A stretch of 64,000 nucleotides of DNA, from assembly GCA_002269645.1 (NCBI GenBank), contig NIVC01000073.1:496001-560000 (forward strand). The letters run 5' to 3'. The DNA is from Macrostomum lignano. Taxonomy: Eukaryota. Of this stretch, positions 12,548 to 25,973 are shown in pieces (the stretch's first letter is position 1; the number at the start of each line of letters is the position of its first letter). The notes beneath the pieces were generated by a model. The model did not search any database, had not been told where the DNA came from, and saw only the letters and a list, made by a program, of their open reading frames with translations. A program made the position numbers and the translations under genes.

Positions 12548-12952
12548 GCGGACAACTCCAGTGAGCTGACTATTTCCCCAGCAACAGTCGGTCCGACATC
12601 TGATTCGCCTGAAGCAGTCGATGTTGGCGACGACTACCAGTATATCTGGCTGACCATATTCCTGTGGACTATGGGATTATCGCTTGTGCTGCACCTTGGC
12701 GCTTTAGTTGTATCGGCTGTTTACCTACGTCTGCATCGGATTGGCAAAGTTTTCCCTCTGCTATTTATTGTGGGATTTGTTTACAGTTTGCCTAGTCACG
12801 CTATCAGCGGCCTGTGCTTAGCATTCGTGTATTATTCCGCGAGTCTGTTGGGGCACAGTTTTTTTAGTTTCTATCACGCCATTGCCTGGTCTGTTGTGCT
12901 TAATCTGTTGTCAACTGTACTGCCCTTCTCTGGACTCACTTCGTTGCTTTGA
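12548..12952 (+). CDS. TMEM170: TMEM170-like membrane protein, 3' exon (start exon not located)
   Basis: YIWLTIFLWTMGLSLVLHLGALVVSAVYLRLHRIGKVF...ISGLCLAFVYYSA...FSGLTSLL* resembles TMEM170 (W.G.FLW.L.SS...H..A..L...LR.HK.G.F ... A..Y..A ... SF.R.L.TL). No in-frame ATG precedes the conserved part. Putative acceptor CCCGCAG ends at 12547. Confidence 0.75.
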   Translation, partial: ADNSSELTISPATVGPTSDSPEAVDVGDDYQYIWLTIFLWTMGLSLVLHLGALVVSAVYLRLHRIGKVFPLLFIVGFVYSLPSHAISGLCLAFVYYSASLLGHSFFSFYHAIAWSVVLNLLSTVLPFSGLTSLL

Positions 12953-13820
12953 AGATTAATTGGCTAATAATAACTATTAAACTAATAGTGTGCCAATTTA
13001 AGCATCATTCATTAAGAATAGGCTCAGCGCCTAGCATCCTACATCTAGAGATGTCCGACATCCTTCATTTAGTGTACTCCATAGATCTTATTTTCTCTTT
13101 GATTCTCTCTGTGTATATATATGATCTTTGGGAGTACTCCAATTTTGCGGACAAACAATCAATATTCGTGGCTTTGTACATTATAGCTTTTTGCGTTCTA
13201 GTTTGGACTGCGGGCTTTTAATTTGGACACAAAGTTGAGCAAAGCCCAGAGAATTCTGGCTAGTCTATGGCACAAACCAGAAGCAACTGATGGGCTTTTA
13301 AATTCGAACGCAACTAGAACGCAAAAAGCTATAGTTATATATTGTTAACGCCACCGACCTGTGTCCTAGACAAATTTATCGTTATAAAAGACCTATGAAA
13401 ATTCTAAAATATGCAATCAGCTAGATGCTTTGTAACTCGATTTCGGTTCTCTGTGTTAAAAATTGTGCTAAATAGCTTTTATCGGTTTTCTCCTTAGTAT
13501 GATAGTTATACTGGTGCTAAATGAGTACGTTTTTGGAGGATATCAAATAAACTTAATGACTTCCATTGTCATCTTCATTCTCTTTCGCGTTCAATATTTT
13601 TTATTTCTTTGTGTCAAAACTAATAAAATATGTAAAAATTGATTGTCAAACACTACTGCTAATTTAAATTTAATGTTGGATTTTTTATAAAAAAAAAAGC
13701 GAAATTAGAGCTCCTGAGTTTTTATCTTTTTTACGATGTGATATCGTTATGCACTAAAGCTCGTATTTGGTATGCAGGTGCGTGTATATATAGTACATGT
13801 AAGTTAGAGCATGCTCTGAA

Positions 13821-13956
13821 CAGTGGCGTAGCCAGAAATTTTCTTTAGAGGGATAGATGAAGTGCGCTTGAGAGCAAATGCATATTGCCAAATGTTTTGT
13901 CGGGCTGTTCGAAGAGGACTCTACGTCATCCTCTTATTCCCACCCTTCCGCTACTG
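13821..13956. mobile_element. Old hAT-like MITE
   Basis: Left end CAGTGGCGTAGCCAG, degenerate right end CCGCTACTG. Flanks GCTCTGAA and GTTCTGCA match 6/8 as a possible 8-bp TSD. Confidence 0.4.
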
Positions 13957-15227
13957 GTTCTGCAATCTGCACACATGCATGTTCATGTATTTTAGCCGAC
14001 TTTCTGGGAAAGAAACTTAGGCAGACCAATCAGTAGATTTTATTTGTCGGTAGATTATACTGCTTTATAATGTAGTAATTACATCTGCATTCGATTTGAA
14101 TTTCGCGTTACCATACCTAGGAAAATTTGACGATACGTGTACTGCAGTACATGCCACGTCAGTAAATTTACTAAATTAGCAAGTCGCGTACATGAACGAA
14201 AATTTAATGACAAACTGAATTCGAGCAATTTTTGTTGTAAACATGCTTTAATCTGACTAAGCACGTAAAACATCTTTTATAAAATTTATGTTCATGGGAC
14301 ATTAAAGATGCATTCATATAGAGCTTCTTGACGGGCCAATTTTTGCCGATAAATTCCACCGGCGCCTTTCTTAAGTTTCCTCTTAAGATAGTATAGTAAG
14401 TTGGAGTTTTTGTTTTTTGTAAAAGATTTTTATTTGCAAAGATAGGGTATAATAAATATTTTAAAAATGAAATAATATTTTGTTATATAGAAATAAATAT
14501 ATTTAAATAAAGATAAAATTTAAACGTTTGTCGAAGTTGATTTTCTTGAAGTTGATGTTGTTGATGAGTCGGTCCTCATCATATATCAAATTATATCTAC
14601 TACTCTTTGGATCCTATCATTATCTTCTTAACTGTTTAGGAATCTGTCTTCGTTCAGTGTCGGTCAATTGTATGGTATTAGATTACTATTCAATATTTTG
14701 TATGATCCATTATACTTATAGCCCATGATATCCATCAATTCATAATCAACAGTATTTTAAAGTTCTTTTCAATTCCTAAATTCAAATTCTGCTGTTACTG
14801 ATTAGTCAGTTATGTGCTATTAATATGACTTTCTCTGCTTTAAGAGTTGAGTAACCTGCTGCTACTTTTGGCCTAGCTATAATTTAATAATTTTTATATA
14901 AAATTACTTTTAGTTTTACAAAGCAAGTTTTTGAAGACATAAGCCTGAAAAAATGCTAGGCCCTATACTAGTGTTCTGCCATAAGGGTGGTCCATGTGCT
15001 GTAGCCATAGCTGTAAGCAAAACTGGCTTCTTTCAATTCTCTATTCCATAGGCCCTTAGCTATATCCCTATACTAGGCCTAGCATTGGCAGTAGCTGAAA
15101 AGTTCAAAAAGGGGTTTAAATAATTTAGAATGGGAAACTGAAGGATCACCTATTCGTTTATATTGAAAGTACCATGCAGTACTGAACTTTTTAACATTAA
15201 TGAAATTAAGAATTTGCTAGTGTTTTA

Positions 15228-15661
15228 GGCGATCCTACAGTTTTCCGCTTTTAATTATTTTTCGGCTTTTCTGAGTGATCACTGACCAGTGGGCCACCTA
15301 TAATCAACTGGCCAATCATGTGACCATTAATCACTCTATCCGGTTTGTCAACCCCAATGATCCTACCATCCATACAAACACCATTGAGGGTGCATGGGCC
15401 AACTGCAAGGCCAAGTACCAGGCAATGCATGGTATTACAGAAGGCCTATTTGAGATGTACCTCCAAGAGTTTTTATGGCGCCGGCTGTTTCAAGAGTGCC
15501 AATTTGGGAACATGTTGTATTGGATATGCCATTATTATCCATGTTAACTGTGCTGACTATCATGAGTGACTATTATAAAAGTTTATCGTCATTTCTTATT
15601 CCTGCTATGCCTGCCATAATTTTTCGAAAAATAATTAAAAGCGGAAAACTGTAGGATCGCC
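15228..15661 (+). mobile_element. Merlin (IS1016/IS1595-related) DNA transposon, internally deleted, 434 bp
   Basis: Perfect 37-bp TIRs GGCGATCCTACAGTTTTCCGCTTTTAATTATTTTTCG at 15228-15264 and 15625-15661. 8-bp TSD GTGTTTTA/ATGTTTTA. Interior 15275-15547 encodes a transposase C-terminus (ITDQW..Y..L..H.TINHS..FV.P....HTNTIEGAW...K...YLQEFLWRR). Confidence 0.92.
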
Positions 15662-18600
15662 ATGTTTTATTGTACTATATTATAAATAACTTTAAAGTTT
15701 TTAAATCTATAATGATTAGGGCCTAATAATCTAAAATAGTTTATATATATCTTTGTTTTTTATCTTTTTGTTGGCCTAATATTTAGTAATTTTTTAATTT
15801 ATAACTATGGCTATAGGAATATACAAAATGTAGCTGCAATTACTATATTTATATAGTTGTAGCCATAAAAAAAGCTATCTATTACTATGTATATCTGTAG
15901 TTGCCATAGTCACCTATCACACTAGCTTTGCTTTGGCAGAACACTTTCTAATTCTATATTATGTAGTATGCTTATAAAGTGATGCAAAATATTCATAGGC
16001 CCTTATATGCCTTGTAAGATCATAGATATAATGATACTTTTAGGATAGTAATTTTTCCTAGTTTAGGCCTTTATCTTTTGATTCAAGTTTTTTCTGATTC
16101 TGAAAGCAGTTTTATTTAAGCTTTAGGTCTAGTTATTGGTATATGACTTGCTATGTATATATGAATAGTACTTAGGTAGTAGCATACATGCGCAACAGTC
16201 GGCCGAGTTGGCCAATCCAGCTGACCAATTTGGCGGCCAACCAAGGAAGTCGCAAAAATGCCCACCCAAAAAAATAGTAGTACCAAAATAGTAATACTAA
16301 GTAGCTGACAAGGCATTTTGAATTAATAAGACTGTCATAGCTACTTCTGCCGTTTACCCAAAGTTGCGTTAATTTTGCCTTTGGGTTTTTTTACTTGTAA
16401 GTCACATTTTTGGCCAAAAACTACGTTGCATTTTTGTTAAAGCTAAGTCGCATGGCCAACCAAATTTTGGAGGTTCCACATGTATGGGTAGTAGGCCAAA
16501 GGTTGGAAAAGATCTTAATCTTAATCATCAAGATCTTGGGCTTGGATATAGTTTAAAACACTTTGTACCCTAGAAAAAATAACTAAATTTTTAGTATATA
16601 CCCATGCCAGACTCCAGATAGTATACATATATGCCAGAATTTTCTGGCATATAGAGACCTAGATTATACCATTGGTGTACAACTTGGCGTACAAAGGAGC
16701 CTGGCATGCCCTCTTGGCATATAGCTTGGCATATAGAGAATGCTGAGACCAGCAGGTGGGACCAAAAGTTCTGAGTCCCAACAATCAATCTATACAGTTA
16801 GCATACAAAAATGATTAAGTTTGTATTTGGTGTAGTCTCCATGTACATAGTTAAAGTAACTAAATTTTAATCAGAAAGAATAGCTGGCCCTTTATGAAAA
16901 AATGGAAAACTAAATTAAAACACCAGGTTTAACTCTTCCAAAAAATTAAAAGTAAAACAAAAATAGTTGAAATGAACTATTCTCTACAGTTTAGTAAAAA
17001 ATGTTTCAGTTTAACTCATAAGTTTTTTGAATATTAAAATTTTGCAAGATTTTAATATTGGTTATAATTTGTAATTTTTATTTTGGTGTATTTTTGTATA
17101 CAATAAAAAGTTCATTGGCGTACATTGGCATGCATGAGCTACGGAAGCAAATCTTGTTCCAGCGTATAGCAGTATACAATCCTGACCCTGGTACTAATGT
17201 ATTTCAAATATATTACCTTCTGCAAAGTTCCATATTGTCAATTTTGAAATGTTATTACTAGGCTAAAGATTTGGAATGTCAAATTTCTATATCCCAGAAA
17301 TTTCTAGCATACATGCCTTCTTTTAAGTATAGGATCTTTACACTTTTTTCAGTCTCAATCTCAGTTTTGAGATCTTAAAAAAGTAAAAATTGTGATTCTA
17401 TAACTTTTTATGACTATGCATAATGTTATATTAGTCTTTCAATTTGTTTTGTGAAAGGCCTATTATTTTCAAGTTTGAATTAGTGCTTTAATATAGTGCT
17501 ATAGTAGAAAATTATGTTTATGGCAAAAAGGTACAGGAAATATTATTTGAAAATTCTTTAGCCTCTAGCTTTATCTACCACTCTAGCTATGGCTCTATTT
17601 ACTACTTTATTAACTGCTCAGGGTCAGAGACAAAGGCAATTTATTATAGTACTAATTCAAACTAATTAAAAAAATATTGCAAAACAAACTCAAAGATTGT
17701 TAAATATTTTCAAACTTATTTGAAATATATCAAATTATTAATATGCTCTCCATATTTTCAATAATGATTGGTTTTCGTTCTATTATAATATCTACATATA
17801 AAAATGAAAACTTTGTTTATCTGTGTATGTATAATTTTGATTGCTATGGACTCCCAAACTGCTCAACCAACTGATACCAAATTTTGCACCTACCCTAAAC
17901 TCACTATGGAAAATGTCTTAGGCTACCTTAAAATTTCCTAAACTCAAGTCTTCCTATCTAAAAGTGCAAAAAAACTGCTCAAAATGTGTGAGTTTTTCAC
18001 TAAATTCTCCATAGCGCTACTCCAGTTTTACCAATCTTCTTCAAATTTAACTTAATTATTCTACAAGTTTTTTGACACCATTGTGTAAAATTTGAGTCTC
18101 AAAGTTACTCCTGAATAGTGCTATGCACTTTTAAAGTTAGTCTGCTTTTTGTCAGCAAGACATCCACCCCGACCTCCACCTCTCTCTCTTTCTCTCTTTT
18201 ATATCTGGCAAGATGTGAAAAAAGGTTTGAAGCAATTGACATTAAACTTGACACAATTCTACATTGACTTATTTCTTTGTCTAATTATAGTCTCAACTCT
18301 GTAACTCAATCAGAATAGAAACTGTAAGCATGTGAAGTTTGTCTGCTTCTTCTGTTGTTTGTGCTGCTTATCCAACTCATTCCCCAGACAAAGGATCAGG
18401 CAATAGGGCTTAGTATACATAGCAAGTGTACAGTGTTTTGAATAAATTTAAATTTTTTATAGCCTTCTCTATTGGTCTTCTCTAGGTTTTCTATACTTCA
18501 AGAGCTAGAAATAGCCAATAATAATTTAGAAAACTTGAAAAATGCCTTTCTTTACACAGGCCAATTAGAACTATAGCCACCTTAGTGTGTGGCCCCTTTA

Positions 18601-19575
18601 GACATATGCTGAATCTTTGCATTGTGATTTTGGAACAGAGAGTTGTGCACATTTTTTGTGCAAATTTTTGGTAGTTGAAATATATGAGCCAATTTTTCAA
18701 TACAAATCTCTAGTAAAAAATAAATTTTATAATTTTTCTTTGATGTTGCTATAGTGCTTAGTGGCTTTGCTTTTAAATGTAATAACTTTGTTTTGTTTTA
18801 ACAAGTGCAATATGCCACATTTTCAAATAAGATCGGACAAGTTTTTAAGTGCAAAGAACTTGCTTATATAAATGCCCAAATGGTATATCCCTAAGAATTA
18901 GCAGCATTTTATTTTGTTATCCTATGTTTTATAAATTATAAAGAGCCATTTGGGGATTATAAATAAAGATCATAAAACCATAACAAGAATAACTAATCAA
19001 AATTTTATGAATGTATATTAGGCCTTAATTACTTATGCCATGTTTATAAGCTAATGAATTCTTATTACCAATAGCAAAATTACTAAAAATCTAGTGCTCC
19101 TATTTGGGGTGCCCAATAAACAAGGGACAACATTTATGTACTATCCTATTTGTGTTGACATCATGCTCCAGAACGAATCCTATAAAAAAGTTTGTTTGCT
19201 TAGTTTGCTTGCGCTGTATGCTGAAAATAGATCTCAATTTATAATTTTGTTTGCTTTGCTTTAGGTCTTCGACTGAAGTCTCTCATGTGCCATCGATGCC
19301 TTGAATCATTGACTAGACTGAGGTGCAACTAACAGCCTCAACTGATCCGTATTTTTTGTTTGAAAAGTAGTAGTGAACCAAAAATACTAGTGAAACTTGT
19401 ATTTGAATCTGTTTCATAAACTGTTTCAAAATATGTGGACATATTTTAAATTAAAAAGCCATCAATACACAATCAAATGAAATAGCACTATTTTCTGTCG
19501 GCAACACAGCCCTCCTGCAATTATGATTACTATTATTATCATGCATATCACGTTGATGTCTAAGACGTCCAAAAC

Positions 19576-19953
19576 ATGGATGCCAACACTGCTGCTGACT
19601 CGGCTGCTGCCCCGGCTCCTAATCCTGATCGGGCAGCCGCAGCCGCGTCTGGCGACGGTCCCCGACTGTATGAGCTGCGCCAAGAAGTGCACGTGGTGTC
19701 CAACATAATGCGCGACAATGTTAACAAAGTGATTGAACGCGAGGGTCACCTGTCTGATTTAGTTGAACGATCGGAGAATTTGCAAGACTCGGCGGCCGCT
19801 TATCAGCGTACAACAACCGCTTTGCGACGTAAAATGTGGTGGCAAAATACTAAAATGCGCATCATTATTGGCGTAGCCGTGGCCGTTATAGTCATCATTA
19901 TTATTATGGCTATACTGGGCTCTGCTGGCGTTTTCGATAGCAAGAGCAATTGA
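19576..19953 (+). CDS. Synaptobrevin/VAMP family R-SNARE, single exon, 125 aa
   Basis: RLYELRQEVHVVSNIMRDNVNKVIEREGHLSDLVERSENLQDSAAAY...LRRKMWWQNTKMRII is an R-SNARE motif with a zero-layer R, followed by a C-terminal TM helix. Confidence 0.95.
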   Translation: MDANTAADSAAAPAPNPDRAAAAASGDGPRLYELRQEVHVVSNIMRDNVNKVIEREGHLSDLVERSENLQDSAAAYQRTTTALRRKMWWQNTKMRIIIGVAVAVIVIIIIMAILGSAGVFDSKSN

Positions 19954-20160
19954 TTGAAGTGTTAATGGCCACATACTCTAATGACTTTATATATTGTCAC
20001 TAAATTCTGTACGCTTATGTACTGTTTTCACTAATATTCTTTAAGCCACTATTTAACGGTAGAAATTTGAGATCAACTACTGAACTCTCCAATATGGCTT
20101 ATATAGAGTTGGTAAGCCCCACAGATACTAGAATAACTAAATTTCCCTCGCAAAAAGTGC

Positions 20161-20440
20161 CTCTCCTTACTGCTCTCTAATTGGCTGAGCCAGCTTTGGC
20201 CTGCCACCCTAAGACAGCGTTTCGTCTGTCTGACCTTGACCTCTCTCCTTACTGCTCTCTCATTGGCTGAGCCAGCTTTGGCCTGCCACCCTAAGACAGC
20301 GTTTCGTCTGTCTGACCTTGACCTCTCTCCTTACTGCTCTCTCATTGGCTGAGCCAGCTTTGGCCTGCCACCCTAAGACAGCGTTTCGTCTGTCTGACCT
20401 TGACCTCTCTCCTTACTGCTCTCTCATTTGCTGAGCCAGA
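20161..20440. repeat. 82-bp tandem repeat, 3.4 copies
   Basis: Unit starts at 20161, 20243, 20325 and 20407. Confidence 0.9.
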
Positions 20441-21562
20441 TTAGGCGTCAGGCCCTACACTGAGTTTCGTTTGCCTTATTGGGTTCACTTTCGTACATGA
20501 AGTTAAATTCTTGTTGTTCATTCTTAACCCCATATGCTCTTGAGAACGCAAAGCCTGAGAAAGGAAGGAAATTTTATCTGCTATTTTAAATTTAAATGAC
20601 ACTGCGCAGAAAACTACTGAAGAAAAGTGACATCTACTGCAGCTATTCAAGTGTCTGTGGTATGCCTTTAATTTAAAAAAGGAAACTACTAAGATTTTTG
20701 GGTCGGATTTTTATTGGAAGTTCTCCAATTGTAAACAAGACTTGTGAACAGAATATTGGCTACTGTATTGTGCCAGCATTGTTAAATCTTTTTTAATTTT
20801 GCTTGTTTCTCTTTCAAATTTATAACTTTTATTATCAACTACTGACTAAGTAGTCTGGAGTTGTTCTTTTTTCAAAATTTTGCGTGAGCCTATTTTTATA
20901 CTGTTTTGTTGTCATTCCCGACTCTTAATATACTTGTTCTTATTCTAGTCACAAAATTATGTGTTTAATAACGAGTTCTATTTTTACGAGGGAAACGACA
21001 GATTTTGTCGGTTTTTGACTAAAGGCTTTTGTTTTTTCAGAAACCGAATCGAGTAACGCCTCTCTGCTTCTAGAGGCTTCTGTGTAATTTTTGTGCAATA
21101 AATTTCAATTATTATATTAATCACATTATCGATTAACTACTGTCTGTCAATTTTTTAAGTGTTGTCTTATTTTTAAAACAGCTTCAGTTATTGTAGTCCT
21201 CGTATATTTTTATTATATTTTGTCTCTAGTCGCACTAAACCATTCTAGTCTAAGTCTAAATCTTAGTCTAGTAGCCAGTTTCTGTTGTTGCAACAATCTA
21301 GTAGATTGGAAGCCTTGTTATTGTTATTTTGTTACAAAAAATAAAGAACGACATGTACTCTAAAAACTTTTTAAAACGATTTGTTAGCCTCAGTAAATAT
21401 TTTTTATTTTAATTGAAATAGGTGTGTTAGATACGTGCTGTCATCATAAAAATGATTTAGGTGTCATGTGACTGTCCAATAATGCTTTAACTCTGTCTAT
21501 TATAAAGTATAGTTTACTCTGAACAATCCCTAGAGTTTTCAATAAACAATCCCTCCCTAAAG

Positions 21563-23025
21563 TTCACTCTGAACAGTCTCTAGAGTTCACTATGAGCAGT
21601 CTCTAGAGTTCACTCTGAACAGTCTCTAGAGTTCACTATGAGCAGTCTCTAGAGTTCACTATGAGCAGTCTCTAGAGTTCACTCTGAACAGTCTCTAGAG
21701 TTCACTATGAGCAGTCTCTAGAGTTCACTCTGAACAGTCTCTAGAGTTCACTATGAGCAGTCTCTAGAGTTCACTATGAGCAGTCTCTAGAGTTCACTCT
21801 GAACAGTCTCTAGAGTTCACTATGAGCAGTCTCTAGAGTTCACTATGAGCAGTCTCTAGAGTTCACTCTGAACAGTCTCTAGAGTTCACTATGAGCAGTC
21901 TCTAGAGTTCACTCTGAACAGTCTCTAGAGTTCACTATGAGCAGTCTCTAGAGTTCACTATGAGCAGTCTCTAGAGTTCACTATGAGCAGTCTCTAGAGT
22001 TCACTCTGAACAGTCTCTAGAGTTCACTATGAGCAGTCTCTAGAGTTCACTATGAGCAGTCTCTAGAGTTCACTATGAGCAGTCTCTAGAGTTCACTATG
22101 AGCAGTCTCTAGAGTTCACTATGAGCAGTCTCTAGAGTTCACTCTGAACAGTCTCTAGAGTTCACTATGAGCAGTCTCTAGAGTTCACTATGAGCAGTCT
22201 CTAGAGTTCACTCTAAACAGTCTCTAGAGTTCACTCTGAACAGTCTCTAGAGTTCACTATGAGCAGTCTCTAGAGTTCACTCTGAACAGTCTCTAGAGTT
22301 CACTCTGAACAGTCTCTAGAGTTCACTATGAGCAGTCTCTAGAGTTCACTATGAGCAGTCTCTAGAGTTCACTATGAGCAGTCTCTAGAGTTCACTATGA
22401 GCAGTCTCTAGAGTTCACTCTGAACAGTCTCTAGAGTTCACTATGAGCAGTCTCTAGAGTTCACTATGAGCAGTCTCTAGAGTTCACTCTAAACAGTCTC
22501 TAGAGTTCACTCTGAACAGTCTCTAGAGTTCACTATGAGCAGTCTCTAGAGTTCACTCTGAACAGTCTCTAGAGTTCACTATGAGCAGTCTCTAGAGTTC
22601 ACTATGAGCAGTCTCTAGAGTTCACTCTGAACAGTCTCTAGAGTTCACTATGAGCAGTCTCTAGAGTTCACTATGAGCAGTCTCTAGAGTTCACTATGAG
22701 CAGTCTCTAGAGTTCACTCTGAACAGTCTCTAGAGTTCACTATGAGCAGTCTCTAGAGTTCACTATGAGCAGTCTCTAGAGTTCACTATGAGCAGTCTCT
22801 AGAGTTCACTATGAGCAGTCTCTAGAGTTCACTCTAAACAGTCTCTAGAGTTCACTCTGAACAGTCTCTAGAGTTCACTATGAGCAGTCTCTAGAGTTCA
22901 CTCTGAACAGTCTCTAGAGTTCACTCTGAACAGTCTCTAGAGTTCACTCTGAACAGTCTCTAGAGTTCACTCTGAACAGTCTCTAGAGTTCACTCTGAAC
23001 AGTCTCTAGAGTTCACCCTGAACAA
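21563..23025. repeat. 23-bp minisatellite, about 63 copies, two main variants
   Basis: AGTCTCTAGAGTTCACT + ATGAGC or CTGAAC (rarely CTAAAC). Degenerate related units continue at about 23450-23700. Confidence 0.97.
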
Positions 23026-23903
23026 TTCCTAAATAAATGAGTTAAATTAGTTACAAGCTAATGTGAGAGAGTTACCTTATTTGTCTCTAGTCAGCAATGC
23101 TTTTAATTTTGCCTTGCCTTTGGACAACACAGTACTCTCTCACAGATTAACTGTAATACCAGGTGCGCATGTAATCCACCAGCTAAGTTTTTTATCTCAG
23201 TGATTAGCTGGACGTTTGATGCGCATATATTCAGGTTAATAGAACGTTTTATAACAGTCCTAAACTTGACCTTCAACTGTTCCTAAATCATAGATAGACT
23301 GTAGTCTTGACTTCTATATATAGTCTATATTTACTCATGGTTTTGGAAGTTCCCTAATTATATTTGGTTTAACTATTGAAATACTCTCAATTGTCTTTAA
23401 GAATCCTAAGATTTGATCCAAAATAGTGCCTTAATTTGGGTTTTAATTAGTCTCTAGATTTCACTGGTCAGTCTCTAGATTCGACTGGTCAGTCTCTAGA
23501 TGTGAATGGTCAGTCTCCAGATTTATATATAACCAGTCTCTAGATTGAGATCTAATCAGCCTCTAGATTGAAATCTACTCTGTCTCAAGATTAAGATCTA
23601 ATTAGTCTCCAGATTTATATCTAATCAGCCTCTAGATTGAGATCTAATCAGTCTCCAGATTGAGATTTACTTAATCTCCATATTTAACTCTAATCAGTCA
23701 ATTTTCATTTAATTCAACTGTCAACTATTGTGAATTGTACATTTATTGATTGCTGATAACTCACCAAAGAGCAGACACTTCAGCCTGTCAATTTGGCAGC
23801 TATGGTGACTTGACACCGATCGATAAGTAAAGAGAAAAAAATAATTTGGCTACTTGGTTTATTCTCATTGTCGATTATTTCCGCAATTGAATCTTGGCTA
23901 ACC

Positions 23904-24290
23904 ATGCAGCAGCAGCAGCAGCCTCGGCCGCCTCATCAGGCCCCGCCACCTTATCAGCACTATCAGCATCAGAGTCATATGCAACCGGCGCCGCCGCCTC
24001 CGCCGCAGCACATGATGCAACAACAACAGCAGCATCAGCAGCACATGATGCATAATCAGCACATGATGCAGCAGCACATGCTGCCCCAGCCGCAGGAAAC
24101 TCCGTTAGACAGTGTTCGACGAGTTGTCGATCGCGTGTCAACCTTTCGGGATCACCAGGCTGTCAGTGAGAATCGATTTCTAGCCAGACAGCCGGTCGAT
24201 GAGCAGAAAAGTCACGAAGAGATGCAGGCGCTGACTGCCCGAGTTGAGGAGACAAAAAAGGGCAAGAAACGTACGGCCACTGCTGCTCAG
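23904..24290 (+). CDS. Candidate Mastermind-like Notch coactivator, exon 1
   Basis: ATG at 23904, then a Q/P/H-rich start. SVRRVVDRVSTFRDHQAVSENRFLARQPVDEQKSHEEMQALTARVEETKKGKKR aligns gaplessly by eye to the MAML1 CSL/Notch-binding helix. Donor CAG|GTGCGT at 24290/24291, phase 0. Confidence 0.7.
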
Positions 24291-24299
24291 GTGCGTCTC

Positions 24300-24545
24300 A
24301 ATCCCACTAATGGATGAGAATGGTCTCTTAATCCCCCTAATGGATGAGAATTGCCCTTAATCCCCCTAATGAACGAGAATTGCCCTTAGTCTCCCTAATG
24401 GATGAGAATGGTCTCTTAATCCCCCTAATGGATGAGAATCGTCCCTTAATCCTCCCAATAGATAAGAATCGCCCATTAATCCCCCCAATAGATGAGAATC
24501 GCCCATTAATCCCCCCTAATACAAGAGAATCGCCTATAAGCCCCT
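24300..24545. repeat. 30-bp minisatellite filling the Mastermind-like intron
   Basis: Unit about AATCCCCCTAATGGATGAGAATCGCCCTT(A), about 8 copies, within intron 24291-24567. Confidence 0.9.
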
Positions 24546-24567
24546 CTTGACTATTTTGCTCCCGCAG

Positions 24568-25941
24568 AAGAAAAAGGCAGCAGCCGCCGCAGCAGCGGCA
24601 GCCGGCAGCGGCAACAATGGCCCGCCGTCAAACAAAGCCGCCAATATTGTCGGTCCCGGCCAGCCGCCACCCGGTATGCCGCCGCCACCGCCGTCGCAGC
24701 AGCACCAGCCGCAGCATCCCTATCATCATCACCAGCAGCAGCAGCAGCAGCAGTATCCGCACTCGCAGATGATGTATTCGCAGCATCCAAGCGGCCCTGG
24801 GATGCCAGCTGGGCTGCGGCCGCCGCATCCGCAGCAGCATCATCACCCCGGTGGCTACCCGGGTCACCCGCCGCCGATGCCGCAGCAGCAGCAGCAGGCC
24901 TACATGAGCATGATGCAGCATCCAAATCAGCCTCCCGGCCATCTCTATCCCAGAGCGCCTCCGCCGCCGCACTATCCTGGCATGGGCGTGCCCACCAATC
25001 ATCGCATGATGCAGCAGTCTCATCCGTCCCAGTATCCGCCCCATCAGTATCAGCAGCAACAGCAGCAGCATCAGCCACAACAAATGATGCCATCTCAACA
25101 ACCCGCAGCCTCAGCAGCTCAGCAGATGCCGCCCCATCAGTATCAGCAGCAGCAGCAGCAGCAACAGCAGCAATCGATCTCATACGATCTCCCAGAAGAC
25201 TTAGCTAGCTTGTTCGAACCAATGCCGCCAGTGAACGATAATTCGGCTCCTTTACGTCAGCAGCAGCAGTCTTCTCAGCTGCCAGAGATTCACCTTCTAG
25301 ATGGCGAATTAGATTCCACAGCTCAGCCTCCGCAATCATCGTCTGCAACAGCAGCGACTGTTAAAGCTGGCGGACCTGGTAGCAATAATTCCTCATCCGC
25401 TAACAGCAATAATAACAGTAATAATAAAAGCAAATCTGCTTTAACTAAGAAAGCTTCAACAGTTAGCAACAACAGCAATGGCATGGCCGAGCATCAAGCT
25501 GCCACAATTGCACCTAATTCTCCCGCTGTTAACAATAACAACAACAACAACAATAATAATAACAACAACAATGGCAAGCCATTAGCTACAATTGGTAGCG
25601 GCCAAAATAATAACAATGGCTGTTTAGAGACTCATCTACAGGCGTTTATGGCTAGCCTGCGCGCGTCGGATGAAGTATTGGCTGCTAGACGGTTAGTTGC
25701 CTCGTATAGAGACGATTCTGTTGAATACAGTCCGCCGGTGGCTGCTCCAGCCTCTGCTCAGCAGCAGCAATCTTCATCGTCTGTACCGCCAACTCCGGTG
25801 TCTGCCGCAATGACACCGGCTTCTGTTGTTGCATCGCCGGCTAGCGGCATTGTGGAGTCCTCTTCGTCAGCTGGCAATAATAGCAATAATAATGGCCGGC
25901 CCCCTGTTTCATCAACGCCGCCAATATCTGTTAGCAGTGGT

Positions 25942-25973
<32 letters not shown>

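Noticed and set aside
21563-23025. CRISPR-like regular repeats (also 26169-26797)
   Set aside because: There are no unique spacers and no cas genes, and the context is eukaryotic.
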